Assembly (NCBI GenBank): GCA_964016885.1 | Contig: OZ024743.1 | Coordinates: forward strand, 329,716,001 to 329,780,000 | Origin: Eledone cirrhosa | Lineage: Eukaryota | DNA: 64,000 nucleotides | Direction of reading: 5' to 3' | Shown here: positions 31,797 to 44,120 of the stretch, in pieces | How positions within the stretch are numbered: position 1 is the first letter of the stretch | How the letters are laid out: each line of letters opens with the position of its first letter | Notes under the pieces: model-generated | Told to the model about the DNA's origin: nothing | Database searches by the model: none | What the model saw: only the letters and a program-made list of their open reading frames with translations | Program-made: the position numbers and the translations under genes

Positions 31797-32133
31797 CCAT
31801 ACATAAATACACCAACACACATATATATATATACACATATACACATATATATATATACATGCACACACATATATATATACATATATATACATACATATAT
31901 ACACATACACATACATACATACATACACAATTACATACATACACACATATATACACACATGCATACGTACTCACATATAAAGGATACATATGCACACACA
32001 CAAATAAGGATAAATAATCATAGTAGACCGTCACATACAAATAAGCAAATAAAAAATAAGGATTAAGAAAATAAAAAAATAAAAAATATTATTAAGTTGA
32101 CAGCGATACAAGACGGCAAAATTTAAAAAAAAA

Positions 32134-32219
<86 letters not shown>
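32134..32219. repeat. (TAA)n, 5' flank/target of Dong-like element A
   Basis: Direct inspection. Confidence 0.95.
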
Positions 32220-32220
<1 letters not shown>

Positions 32221-35200
32221 GACCCCTCTAGTCTTGGTTGACACTCGTTCTAGAAGTGGTAACACGAAATGATTACCCTTGGCGGATAAGGATAAAACGC
32301 GACAAGATAAAGTAAATGTCTAATGATAAAATCTCATACCGGATCGGCCGTCACCCGGGTAAAAAAGGGCCGCGTCCCTCAGAGAGGAACCAGACTGGGG
32401 TCGAAAAATCAGCTAATGGTTCAAACCTTCCCATCACTTTGGAGCTGGAGACCTCCCATAACCGGAATACTCCTACTGTTGGCCCTCCATGCTCACCACC
32501 AAGAAATCCAAAGAAAAAGAGAGAAAAATGGTCAAGGGAAGATAATAAAGAAGTCCTTGAGGCTTTCTACACTGCCATGTACTACCCATCAAATACATCG
32601 AATACAGAACAGACATATATCAACTGGAAAAAGAAACATCCCGAAAACAGAGGCTATATTGACAGTAACAAACTAGCCAATATACGAAGAAATATTGTAA
32701 GAAAAAAGTTACTAACTGATATAGAAATTGATTAGATCAAGCTATTAGCACAAAGTCAGCGAAGGGAAAATGAAACATGTGTCAGTGAAAACGAGGTAAA
32801 TTGTAACACTTCGAATCCCAGGGTTGGGGCGGAATCACTGGCAACAGAACAAATTAAAGAAAGGATCGAAAAAGTGGAGGGAGTGCATGCTCAAGATGAA
32901 ACTCCAAATGAAAATAATGAGATCGTAAATGATAAAGAAATGAATGAGAATGAACTTGCCAACTTGAAGGATGAAATTATGATCGAATGGATGAAAATGA
33001 AAGAATCTGACATGGGGCAACGAGACACCCTCCCTAAGATCCAGAACTGCAAACAGAACCAAAAGATAATACACAAGACTAACATAATTCTCAAAAACAT
33101 TATCATCACAAACAAACTAAACATTACTGATTTAAATCATCTCTATTATGCATCGGCGAAAGTCACCACTCACTTATGTGGAGTGAAGATGAAAAAACAA
33201 AGGAATTCCCACAAGAAATCTACTTGGCAAGAGAACATCAATCGCCAAATAAACCTTCTCCGATCTGACATAGAAATTTTAACAAACTATAATGTAGGTG
33301 AACATGTTAAACAAACTAAACTTAGAAAATTGAAAAAAAAGTACAGTATAAAATCAACAAGTGACATAGACATGCTGATAGAAATAATCAAGCAAAAAGT
33401 GTCGGCCAAAGCTGCTCGTATAAGGCGCTTTGAAAAACGATCTAGATTCTATAAGGACAATAATATGTTCAAAAACAACCAAAGAAACTTCTACAGAAAA
33501 ATTGGTAAGTCAACAATAACTGCTAAATCAATACCACCCAAGGAGGAAGTGCAAGAATTCTGGGAAAAGATCTGGGCCGAAGAAAAAGTTCATAACATAC
33601 ATGCCCCATGGATAGACAAACAAATGAAAGATACAGCTCACCTTGAGGAACAAATATGGGAAAATATAACAGTTGAACAGTTGCGCTTGGCTCTAAGAAA
33701 AACCAGCAAATGGAAATCCAGAGGAAAAGACAAAATACAAAACTTTTGGATAAATGCCTTCACAGAGTCTCATGAGCTGTTAGCCCAACTTTACAATGAA
33801 ATAGTTAAGGAGCCAGAAAAGATACCATCATGGCTAGTTAACGGCATTACATTCCTGCTTCCGAAGAATGATGAGACAAACAATCCCAAAAATTACAGAC
33901 CGATAACTTGCTTGACCACAATGTATAACATTTTAACATCAGTCCTAACTGAATACACATATGACCACCTGATAACAAATGACCTATTTCCCATTGAGCA
34001 GAAAGGGTGTAAACGAGGCTCATATGGCTGTAAGGATCAGCTTCTGGTTAACAAAATGATACTGGAAGATTGTCATAATAGACACAAAAATCTATCGATT
34101 GCTTGGATAGATTATAAAAGGGCATTCGATAGTTTGCCACACAGTTAGATTGAAAAATGTTTAGAGATTTTCAAAATATCCCCCGTTGTCAGGAGGTTTT
34201 TGTCATTCAGTATGAAGACATGGAAAACGACACACCTTTTGAATAGTGAAACAAAATCACTGGAAGCTGGAGAAGTTAATATTAATTGTGGAATTTTTCA
34301 GGGTGACTCTTTATCACCGCTTTTATTCTGCATCGCACTTATACCATTAAGTAAAATGCTCAATGAAACAAAACATGGATATAAAGTCTATGACAAAACC
34401 ATTAATCACTTGTTCTACATGGATGACCTGAAACTATTTGCAAAACATGGTGAACAATTGCAAGGGCTATTATCTACTGTGGAGCAGTTCAGTGATGACA
34501 TTAAAATGGAGTTTGGACTAGATAAATGCGCCAAAGCAACGTTCACCAGAGGAAAGATGCTGAAGAGTTCAGACATTAATCTTGATCGGGGGAACGTGAT
34601 AAGAGAACTTGATCAAGAAAAAACTTACAAATATCTATGTTTTTGTGAAGGAGACGGAATCAAGCACTCGACAATGAGGTAAAGGATAAGGAAGGAATGT
34701 TACCGCAGAGTAAGAGCAATCTTAAGAACGGAATTGAATGCAAGGAATAGGATCGATGCCATAAACACGCTTGCCATACCAGTAGTAACCTACAGTTACA
34801 ATGTCATCAACTGGTCAAGCACAGAGATCCGTAGGCTCGATACAAAAATTCTTAACCATGCACAGAATGCATCACCCTGAGGCAGATATAGATAGAATAT
34901 ATCTCCCTAGGAAAGAAGGAGGACGTGGGTTAATCCAGTTAGACATTGCGTTGAAAACTGCAACAATTGGATTATCTACATATCTAAGGGAATCACATGA
35001 TTGGATGATCAAACTTGTTTTGAAACACGAAAGCATCAAAAGATCATATTCCATTACAAAAGATGCACAAAGATACAGTAATGGACTACAAATTTCAGAA
35101 GTCCCATTTACTGCTGAAATAGAAAACACAGAAAAAGCAAAGCAGGTAAAAGTAACTGCAAAGAAAGAACTGCTACAGAAACTGGCTAAGAAATGGCAAG

Positions 35201-36102
35201 AAAAGCCTCTGTATGGAAAATACCCAGAGCGAGCTAACAATCCTGATGTTGACAAAACTTTAACCCATCAGTGGTTGGCATCCTCTGGACTGAAATCGGA
35301 GACTGAAGGACTAATTATATCAGCACAAGATCAGTGTCTGCCAACAAAAAATTACCAAGCCAACATAATAAAAAATGGATGCAGCCCATTATGCCGTGTA
35401 TGCAAAAAACAACCAGAGACCATTGACCATATCATTTCAATGTGCAGTCCTATAGGTCGAACCGAATACCTAAACAGGCATGACAGAGCTGCACAATACA
35501 TACATTGGATAATGTGTAAGCATTTTGACCTGCCCCATCAAAAGAATTGGTGGGAGCATCAACCACCTCCCATACTTGAAAAAGATCACATCTCAATCTT
35601 GTGGAACTTTAGCATCGAAACAGACCGAAAAATAGATGCAAATAGACCTGATATAATATTGAAGGACTTTAAAAAGAGGGTATGCCTGCTAATTGATATG
35701 TCCGTTCCAATAGACAAGAATGTATCTATAAAAACATTTGAAAAATTGAGTAAGTATAAGGACCTGGAGATAGAAATTTGAAAAATGTGGAAATTGAGAA
35801 CTAAAACAATACCAGTGGTTGTAGGCTATCTGGGAATGATACCTAAGGGGTCTAATGATTACTTATCGCAAATCCCAGGAAACCCGCGTATAGGAGAAAT
35901 ACAAAAGATAGTACTAATGGGAACTGCCCATATACTAAGGAAGATTCTGTCAATATAAGTACATCACAAGTCTAAACACTAAAGATGCATGTGTGAGTAT
36001 GTATGTTCTTTCTTGAAGATGGCGGACCTTGTTGTCTCTTGAGGTCACTGGTTGTGACTTGGTGATAACTCGTATGAACATAAAGCAAGATAAATGCAAC
36101 TG
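32220..36102 (+). mobile_element. R4/Dong-like RLE non-LTR retrotransposon A, full-length but decayed
   Basis: Flanked by (TAA)n on both sides; single RT-CCHC-RLE ORF. Confidence 0.9.
32316..35958 (+). pseudogene. RT-RLE polyprotein pseudogene (element A)
   Basis: NYRPITCL, QKGC, WIDYKRAFDS, GIFQGDSLSP, YMDDLKL, CRVC..ETIDHIISMC, NRPDII..D..K; in-frame stops at 32733, 34146, 34680, 35779 and a frameshift near 34820-34850. Confidence 0.92.
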
Positions 36103-36131
36103 TAATAATAATAATAATAATAATAATAATA

Positions 36132-37838
36132 GTCCATGAAGAGGAGGTGATTGATGGTAAGCCCTCCCTTTCCCAACCTGCATCCTGTTGTCACTTTTCG
36201 CAGTACACTGTCAGGGGCACCTCTGTTGTTTGTCCTTGCCCAGATGCCCCTGACCAGTGTACTGCGAAAAGTGAGAGCAGGATACAGGTTGGGAAAGGCA
36301 GGGCTTACCATCAATCACCTCCACTTCATGGACGATCTTAAGCTCTTCGGGAAGAGTGAGAAGGAGTTGGATGTGCTTGTTGACACTGTCTGTATTTTCA
36401 GCAATGATATATGTATGCAATTTGGTTTTAGTAAATTTGGAGTCATTGTGATGAAGAGGAGTAAATTGAGCAGAAGTAACGGAATCATGGTACCAACAGG
36501 TGAGATGATAAAGGAAATTGACTCTGAAGAGGGATACAGTATGTGGGTGTTCTGGAGGCTGATGACATCAAGAACAAAAAAATGAAGGAATTGATAAGAA
36601 CTGAATACATTCGGAGAGTAAGGAGCGTATTAAAGTCACATCTGAACAGTAGGAATGCCATAAGTGCAGTAAATTCCCGAACTGTGTCTATTATTAGGTA
36701 CAGTGCGGGAATTCTGAGATGGAATGTTGCTGAACAAAAAGAAATGGATAGGAAGACTAGGAAGCTATTGACTATCTACAACATGTTCCACAAGAGGAGT
36801 GATGTCGATAGACTCTACTTAAGGAGATCTGAAGGTGGAAGAGGTCTTATCAGCATAGAGGACTGTGTTCAGATGGAGAAAAACAACCTACACAAATACG
36901 TGACTGATAGTAAGGAGCCAATGCTCAGAACTGTACTGAAGGAGGGGACAATAGGCCAGGGGATGTCCAAGGAGGAAATAACATCAAGGAGAAAGAGCAG
37001 CCTTCAGGAAAAATCCCTTCATAGTACCTTCTTTGAGAAAACTGAATTTAGAGATCCACAGACATGGAACTGGTTGAAAAGAGGAGACCTCAAAAAGGCT
37101 ACAGAAGGAATGTTAATGGCTGCGCAGGAGCAGGCCCTCAAAACGAAGTGGTTGAAACACCACATTTACAAGGAGGAGGCTATCCCACTGTGCAGGATCT
37201 GTGGAGAGAGAGAGGAGACTGTAGCTCACATTGTATCCGAGTGTAAACACCTAGCCCAGACCCACTATAACGGCTGGAGACATGATGTGATGGGCAGGGT
37301 GATCCACTGGCACTTGTGCAAAGTAAACAATTTACCACATTCTGAGAAATGGTATGAGCATAGGCCAGAGGCGGTGATGGAGAACGATCAGGTGAAGGTG
37401 CTGTGGGATTTTAGGATACAGACGGACAAGAAACTGGAACACAATAGACCTGACCTGGTGGTTGTGGACAAAGAAAAAAGATCGTGTCTGATTGTGGATG
37501 TGGCCTGCCCATTCGACACGAGAGTGCAAGAGAAGGAGAGGGAGAAAATTAACCGATACCAGGACTTAAAGTGGGAGGTAAAAAGGATTTGGAAATGCCA
37601 TGAAGTCAAAGTGATCCCGATTGTCATAGGCGCACTGGGGACTATCTCCAAAAGTTTCCAGGGATGGTTAAAGAAAATCGGCCCCTTCACGCTTTTTGGA
37701 ACGCTTCAAAAGTCATGCTTGCTGGGAACAGCAAGAACCCTCCGATACGTCCTGAATATCTGAGGCTGCAGGTAGTGGCTTGATATTCATTCCAACGGAC
37801 TTTCCAGTTAACCAACATCAATGACTGAGATTCAAGGA
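36132..37838 (+). mobile_element. R4/Dong-like element B, 5'-truncated with 5' fold-back, directly after the (TAA)n tail of element A
   Basis: Highly similar to element C from 40811 onward; frameshift near 36538; ORF ends 37763; (TAA)n tail 37838-37908. Confidence 0.9.
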
Positions 37839-37848
37839 ATAATAATAA

Positions 37849-37909
<61 letters not shown>

Positions 37910-38779
37910 GAAGAAGACGCACGAGGTGACGGAGGTCATGAAATCGCTCCCGTAAGTTTTGAATTTTTAACATATTTAAATCATTTGTGAAATAACAACT
38001 CTTAGTACAAATGCTACGTAAAGCACCCGGCTTGAGCCCCAAAAAAATTCGGACCCAAAATATATTGTTATAAGGCTCAAATATTCAAATATTCAACTTT
38101 GTATTGTACACTGTATATCCAAAAAAAATGGCTATAAATGGAAGAAGAAGAACCCCCCCCCCCTCCTCTCCTCTGGCTACACTATATAGGACAGCTAAAC
38201 TCACCAACACCAGAAACTAGATACACCACCCACCCCATCATCTGTGTACACTAAACACAACAGCATTTTCACCTTCACCGCAACCGCTCACTACGGCCAT
38301 CATTACCACCACTATCCCATCACCGCCGCCACCACCCCCTGACTCCTTCACTGCTGCTGCCACCGCTACAGCACCATCACTACAGTAATACGGTCGCATC
38401 ACCGCCACCACTGCCTCGGTACCGACATCACCACCACCACTGTCTCAGTATCGCCAACGCCGCCAGTCTCTGCTGGCTACCACTTCCACATTATAGAATT
38501 CCTACTACTAACAAAGAGGAAGGCATCAAAATATATAGATAGACTCAAAAGAAAAAAGAAAAAACAAACAACAAAAGCAGCACAGCAACAACAGTAAAAA
38601 ACGAGAAAAACAGAGAAAAACAAAAACAAAAAAAGAAACCCCAAAAACGTAAAGAAAATAAGAATGAAGAGAGAAGCAGGCGGACGGACAGAGAAGAGGG
38701 GGGAAAAAGTAAAACTTAAAAAACAAAAACTAAGTCAGACATTCGAATACTACATTACAATGAAACTTATGCTTATTCA

Positions 38780-41700
38780 TTTTTGGGGCCCTTTCTGCCC
38801 GTGTGTTTGTTTGTTTATGTGTGTCCGTATACAGCGTGGTGATAATGCCACACAAGGGCCAAGTGGGATGGCGGATCCACAGATGGCTATGTAAACATAC
38901 ATTCGCCAATCCTCGATAAGAGTGTTTAAATATCGAACATAAACAGTTCGAATAACGGTGAAATGGAGACTAGAACGTCATGTGACAGACTCTCACCCAA
39001 CAGGTGCCCCCTGGCTCAGCAGCAGGAACCTGACTGTCAACCAAATACTGCTGATGTTGGAGGAAGAAGAAGAAGGAAAGGGGCCAGAACCAACTGGACG
39101 AAAGAATTGAATAGAACTGTTATGCAATGCTACCTGAAAAGTAACCCCAAGGAGAGGGGCTACAGGAGACGGATGCATAACATCTGGAACGAGATTGGTT
39201 TATTTAAATTAGATGAACAAAAATTGGCCGGGCAGGCTCGGGTAATAAGAACTAATGGGTGGATAAGCGAGCTGGAACTGGAGGAACTGAGCAGAGAGAA
39301 TGGCTTGGAGATGGCGGGTGTAGTATGCCAGACAAGCGAGCCGGCGGGAAATGAAGGTGAGGAGGTCCTGAGAACGGAGGAACCACCCGAAGCAGACAAT
39401 GATCTGAATACTGAGATAAATAATACTTGGAACAGAGATACGGCCACTGAGGAGATGAATGCTGACGGGCTAGGACAAGATTCGGTTGACATCCTAAATT
39501 TAGTGGTAGATGAGTTGAACAATGATAGTGGGAGACCTATGAACCTAAGATTTGTAGACAGGAAAAAGTTAAAAGAAACAACAGCTAAGGTAAACAAAGT
39601 CATCCCATACCTTGAGGCGAGGAGTCTTCACCAGTGCAACAATATCCTCAAAGCAACAGCAAATACGGTGAGGAAACTACTTGGTATAAAAGCGAGAGGA
39701 AACAACAGACAAGAAAGAGCAGAGCCGTGGTGGAGGAAGCGACTGAGTGGGCAAATCGGGGAAATGAGAAATGACATAGGAAAGCTTGAGTCACTACTGA
39801 ATGGGACACTAAAAAACATAGGCACTAAAAATAGACTGGAAATAAAATACAAAACTAGGAGTAAAAAGCTAAATATTATCATAGAGGAATTGAAGCAACG
39901 CATTGTAGCAAAGAGTGCCAAAATCAGGCGATACGAGAACAGAGTCAGTCAGTATAAACAGAACCGCATGTTCGACAACAACCAGAAGATGCTGTTTGGA
40001 CAGCTTGAGGGGAAAGAAAGAGGCAACGACTTGATCCCTGGGGCGGAACAAGCTAAAACATTCTGGAGAGGAATATGGGAGCAGGATGTTAGACACAATG
40101 CCCAGGCAGGGTGGATTGAGACAGTACAGAGGGAGATCGGTGAGCAGGCACAGCAACAGACTGATTTGAGTATCACAGTTGAAACTCTTAAGGGGCAAGC
40201 CAAAAAACTAACCAACTGGAAATCACCAGGCCCAGATGGTGCGCAGGGGTATTGGATTAAACATTTAACATCCCTCCACCCGAAGCTGACGGCCATGTTC
40301 AATGACTGCTTGGTGTCGGGTGAGGTGCCAGAGTGGTTGACAAAAGGTACCACAGTTCTGATAATGAAAGACCGAATCAAGGGTAATGATGTTACCAACT
40401 ATAGACCTATCACATGTCTGCCCGTAATGTGGAAACTGTTGACGAGCATTGTGTCTGAGGAAATCTACCATCACCTCCACACAAACAACTTGTTGCCGGA
40501 CGAACAGAAAGGATGCCGAAAGAAGTCACGTGGTACAAAGGACCAGTTGCTTATTGATAAGATGGTAATGGGGAATTGCAGGAGGAGGCACACTGATCTT
40601 GCCATGGGATGGATAGACTACAGAAAGGCATTTGACATGGTGCCTCATTCCTGGATCACCAAATGCCTGGAGATCTTCAGGGTGGCAGATAACATCAGAC
40701 AGTTGCTGGGCAGGAGTATGGGGTCCTGGGAGACAGAGTTGACATCAACTGGAGTATCCTTGGGAAGCGTGAAGATCAAGAGAGGTATCTTCCAGGGAGA
40801 TAGCCTGTCCCCTCTGTTGTTTGTCCTTGCCCTGATGCCCTTGACCATTATGCTGCGAAAAGTGAGAGCAGGATACAAGTTGGGAAGGGGAGAGCTTACC
40901 ATCAATCACCTCCTCTTCATGGACGATCTTAAGCTCTTCGGGAAAAGTGAGAAGGAGTTGGAAGTGCTTGTTGACACTGTCCGTATTTTCAGCAGTGATA
41001 TATGTATGCAGTTTGGTATTGGTAAATGTGGAGTCATTGTGATGAGGAGGGGTAGGTTGAGCAGAAGTAACGGGATCCAGATACCAACAGGTGAGATGAT
41101 AAAGGAAATTGACTCTGAGGAAGGATACAAGTATTTGGGCGTTCTGGAGGCTGATGGCATAAAGAACAAAAAAATGAAGGAATTGTTAAGAACTGAATAC
41201 ATTCGGAGAGTAAGGAGCGTATTGAAGTCACATCTGAACAGCAGAAATGCCATAAGCGCAGTAAATTCCCGAGCTGTGTCTATTATTAGGTACAGTGCGG
41301 GAATTCTGAGATGGAATGTTGCTGAACAAAAAGAAATGGATAGGAAGACTAGGAAGCTATTGACTATCTACAACATGTTCCACAAGAGGAGTGATGTCGA
41401 TAGACTCTACCTAAGGAGATCTGAGGGTGGAAGAGGTCTTATCAGCATAGAGGACTGTGTTCAGATGGAGAAAAACAACCTATACAAATACGTGACCTAT
41501 AGTAAGGAGCCAATGCTCAGAGCTGTACTGAAGGAGGGGACAGTAGGCCAGGGGATACCCAAGGAGGAAATAACATCAAGTAGGAAGAGCAGCCTTAAGG
41601 GAAAATCCCTTCATAGTACCTTCTTTGAGAAAACTGAATTTAGAGATCCACAGACATGGAACTGGTTGAGAAGAGGAGACCTCAAAAAGGCTACAGAAGG

Positions 41701-42466
41701 AATGCTAATGGCTGCGCAGGAGCAGGCCCTCAAAACGAAGTGGTTGAAGCACCATATCTACAAGGAGGAGGCTAGCCCACTGTGCAGGATCTGTGGAGAG
41801 AGAGAGGAGACTGTGGCTCACATTGTGTCCGAGTGTAAACACCTAGCCCAGACCCACTATAAGGGCTGGAGACACGATGTGATGGGCAGGGTGATCCACT
41901 GGCACCTGTGCAAAGTAAACAATCTACCACATTCTGAGAAATGGTATGAGCATAGGCCAGAGGCGGTGATGGAGAACAGTCAGGTGAAGGTGCTGTGGGA
42001 TTTTAGGATACAAACGGACAAAAAACTGGAACACAATAGACCTGACCTGGTGGTTGTGGACAAAGAAAAAAGATCGTGCCTGATTGTGGATGTGGCCTGC
42101 CCGTTCGACACGAGAGTGCAAGAGAAGGAGAGGGAGAAAATTAACCGATACCAGGACCTAAAGTGGGAGGTGAAAAGGATTTGGAACTGCCATGAAGTCA
42201 AAGTGATCCCGATTGTGATAGGCGCACTGGGGACTATCTCCAAAGGTTTCCAGGGATGGTTAAAGAAAATCGGCTCCTTCACGCTTTTTGGAACGCTTCA
42301 AAAGGCATGCTTGCTTGGAACGGCAAGAACCCTCCGATACGTCCTGAATATCTGAGGCTGCAGGTAGTGGCTTGATATTCAATCCAACGGACTTTCCAGT
42401 TAACCAACATCAATGACTGAGATTCAAGGAATAACAATGGCAATAATAATAATAATAATAATAATA
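38780..42466 (+). mobile_element. R4/Dong-like element C, apparently intact
   Basis: Single long ORF, short 3' UTR nearly identical to element B, (TAA)n tail; 5' boundary approximate. Confidence 0.9.
38963..42355 (+). CDS. 1130-aa reverse transcriptase / CCHC / restriction-like endonuclease polyprotein (R4/Dong clade)
   Basis: N-terminal Myb-like W..E.N segment; WKSPGPDG, NYRPITCL, WIDYRKAFDMVPH, GIFQGDSLSP, FMDDLKL; CRIC..ETVAHIVSEC; NRPDLVV..DVACP..EKINRY; uninterrupted. Confidence 0.95.
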   Translation: METRTSCDRLSPNRCPLAQQQEPDCQPNTADVGGRRRRKGARTNWTKELNRTVMQCYLKSNPKERGYRRRMHNIWNEIGLFKLDEQKLAGQARVIRTNGWISELELEELSRENGLEMAGVVCQTSEPAGNEGEEVLRTEEPPEADNDLNTEINNTWNRDTATEEMNADGLGQDSVDILNLVVDELNNDSGRPMNLRFVDRKKLKETTAKVNKVIPYLEARSLHQCNNILKATANTVRKLLGIKARGNNRQERAEPWWRKRLSGQIGEMRNDIGKLESLLNGTLKNIGTKNRLEIKYKTRSKKLNIIIEELKQRIVAKSAKIRRYENRVSQYKQNRMFDNNQKMLFGQLEGKERGNDLIPGAEQAKTFWRGIWEQDVRHNAQAGWIETVQREIGEQAQQQTDLSITVETLKGQAKKLTNWKSPGPDGAQGYWIKHLTSLHPKLTAMFNDCLVSGEVPEWLTKGTTVLIMKDRIKGNDVTNYRPITCLPVMWKLLTSIVSEEIYHHLHTNNLLPDEQKGCRKKSRGTKDQLLIDKMVMGNCRRRHTDLAMGWIDYRKAFDMVPHSWITKCLEIFRVADNIRQLLGRSMGSWETELTSTGVSLGSVKIKRGIFQGDSLSPLLFVLALMPLTIMLRKVRAGYKLGRGELTINHLLFMDDLKLFGKSEKELEVLVDTVRIFSSDICMQFGIGKCGVIVMRRGRLSRSNGIQIPTGEMIKEIDSEEGYKYLGVLEADGIKNKKMKELLRTEYIRRVRSVLKSHLNSRNAISAVNSRAVSIIRYSAGILRWNVAEQKEMDRKTRKLLTIYNMFHKRSDVDRLYLRRSEGGRGLISIEDCVQMEKNNLYKYVTYSKEPMLRAVLKEGTVGQGIPKEEITSSRKSSLKGKSLHSTFFEKTEFRDPQTWNWLRRGDLKKATEGMLMAAQEQALKTKWLKHHIYKEEASPLCRICGEREETVAHIVSECKHLAQTHYKGWRHDVMGRVIHWHLCKVNNLPHSEKWYEHRPEAVMENSQVKVLWDFRIQTDKKLEHNRPDLVVVDKEKRSCLIVDVACPFDTRVQEKEREKINRYQDLKWEVKRIWNCHEVKVIPIVIGALGTISKGFQGWLKKIGSFTLFGTLQKACLLGTARTLRYVLNI

Positions 42467-42542
42467 AATGACCAAACGCACGTGGTAAGCAAATACACAA
42501 AAAAAATCTAAATTTATATATATATATATATATATATAAATA

Positions 42543-42722
42543 CTTTGGAAAATTATCTCCAAAGCTCCTCCATTCAATGCTTCTTCTGAAAATTGTGCTC
42601 TTTGTATAGAGGAAATATTCTTTATATTAAAAAGTAAAAATTCTGTTAATTTAAGGAATAATCTTTTCAGTTCTTGCAAACATAGATTGAACTCAACGTT
42701 TAAATATATATATACAATGTAA
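42543..42722 (+). pseudogene. Penelope-type GIY-YIG endonuclease, C-terminal remnant
   Basis: Manual translation LWKIISKAPPFNASSENCALCIEEIFFILKSKNSVNLRNNLFSSCKHR; aligns with the C-terminal half of 62037-62423. Confidence 0.7.
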
Positions 42723-42969
42723 TACATAACTCATCTTTGTTAAACCTATCGATAATTCATTGGATTCCTTCATATGACTGCTTATAACTCTTTTAAAAGA
42801 AAAAAATTTTCTTGAAAAACTTCTCTTGATAAACGTACTGAAAGATTTGAAGAGGGATTTTTTTTTGAAAATTCCTATGATGGGTATAAGGAAATTATAA
42901 TTCATAATTCATATTTTATAGTGTGTATTTTATTTTCTATATTCTTATATTTTTTAAAAATTATAATTC

Positions 42970-43062
<93 letters not shown>

Positions 43063-44054
43063 GTTTATATATATATAAAATTTATACTTTAAATATATTC
43101 TATAGATATACTCTTATGAAAGAGTTTATTATGGATTATTCTTTGGATATATTCCTATGAAGAAATTTTAAATGTTAAGACGTTATAGCAAACAAATTTA
43201 TGTTTTAACAGTCATAACTGTATAACAGGTAGATTTATAAAATTATAACTTGCTATAAAATAACATAAGATTCATACTCTAATTACATTTTTAAGATGGA
43301 AAATTTAATTTTTTAACATCTTAACTTTATAGCATTTAATCCTTAGAGCTATCTAAATTATTAATAAATCGCTAGCAATTTCCTTTACGCTCTACTGCTA
43401 TTACAAATAATACAAATAAGGGATTATTCTTCTGTAAACTCTCGGAATTTCCTTGGGCTTAGAAATGCTCGGATATTTTAAACTTACAAATTTTAATAAT
43501 TAATAAAATTATATATGGTTTTGTAAAAATAACACATTTTCTAATAATATATATTTTAATAATATATAGGTCTCAATTTTAATAATCTAACATAGACATT
43601 TAAACATTTAAACTACGGATTGAATTGATAAATTATTAATTAAACATTTAATCAAATTTATTAATTAAACATTAGATAAAATTCTTCAACTTATCATTAT
43701 AATGAATCCGGATATTATTTATCCACGCTTTATTATTTACTGTTTATCCATGCTACGATATTCATCCACGCTATATTCATTTCTTCGCCTCTTCTCTCAA
43801 AGTTACGCTATTCTCTCTCACTTAAATATACTCGGGTTTTTTTTCTCTTTCTTTCTTTTTTTTTCTCTTTCTTTCTTTTTTTCCCTATTCCAACGGCTTA
43901 ATTTAAATATACTGTTATTTAAACCTTTCCGACACTAATTTGTATAATAAAGCAACAATAAATCTAATAACTCCACTATCCAGGAGATTCTAACCAGAAT
44001 GGTTGCATTTTTTCAGGGTATGTCAATATTTATTTATAAAACTAACCTATATTA

Positions 44055-44120
44055 TATTTTATCTGATGAAAGCGCACCATAGTTTGCCTTGGTGGCCCTT
44101 GAAATATGTATAATGAAATA
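44055..44120 (+). ncRNA. Type I hammerhead ribozyme, canonical core (family C relative)
   Basis: Stem I tattttat/atgaaata; CTGATGA 44063-44069; stem II aag..cacca/tggtg..ctt; GAAA 44101-44104; tatgta; ATA triplet. Confidence 0.72.

Noticed and set aside
35779-35781. In-frame TGA in element A as selenocysteine or readthrough
   Set aside because: The same ORF also has TAG and TAA stops and a frameshift; simple decay
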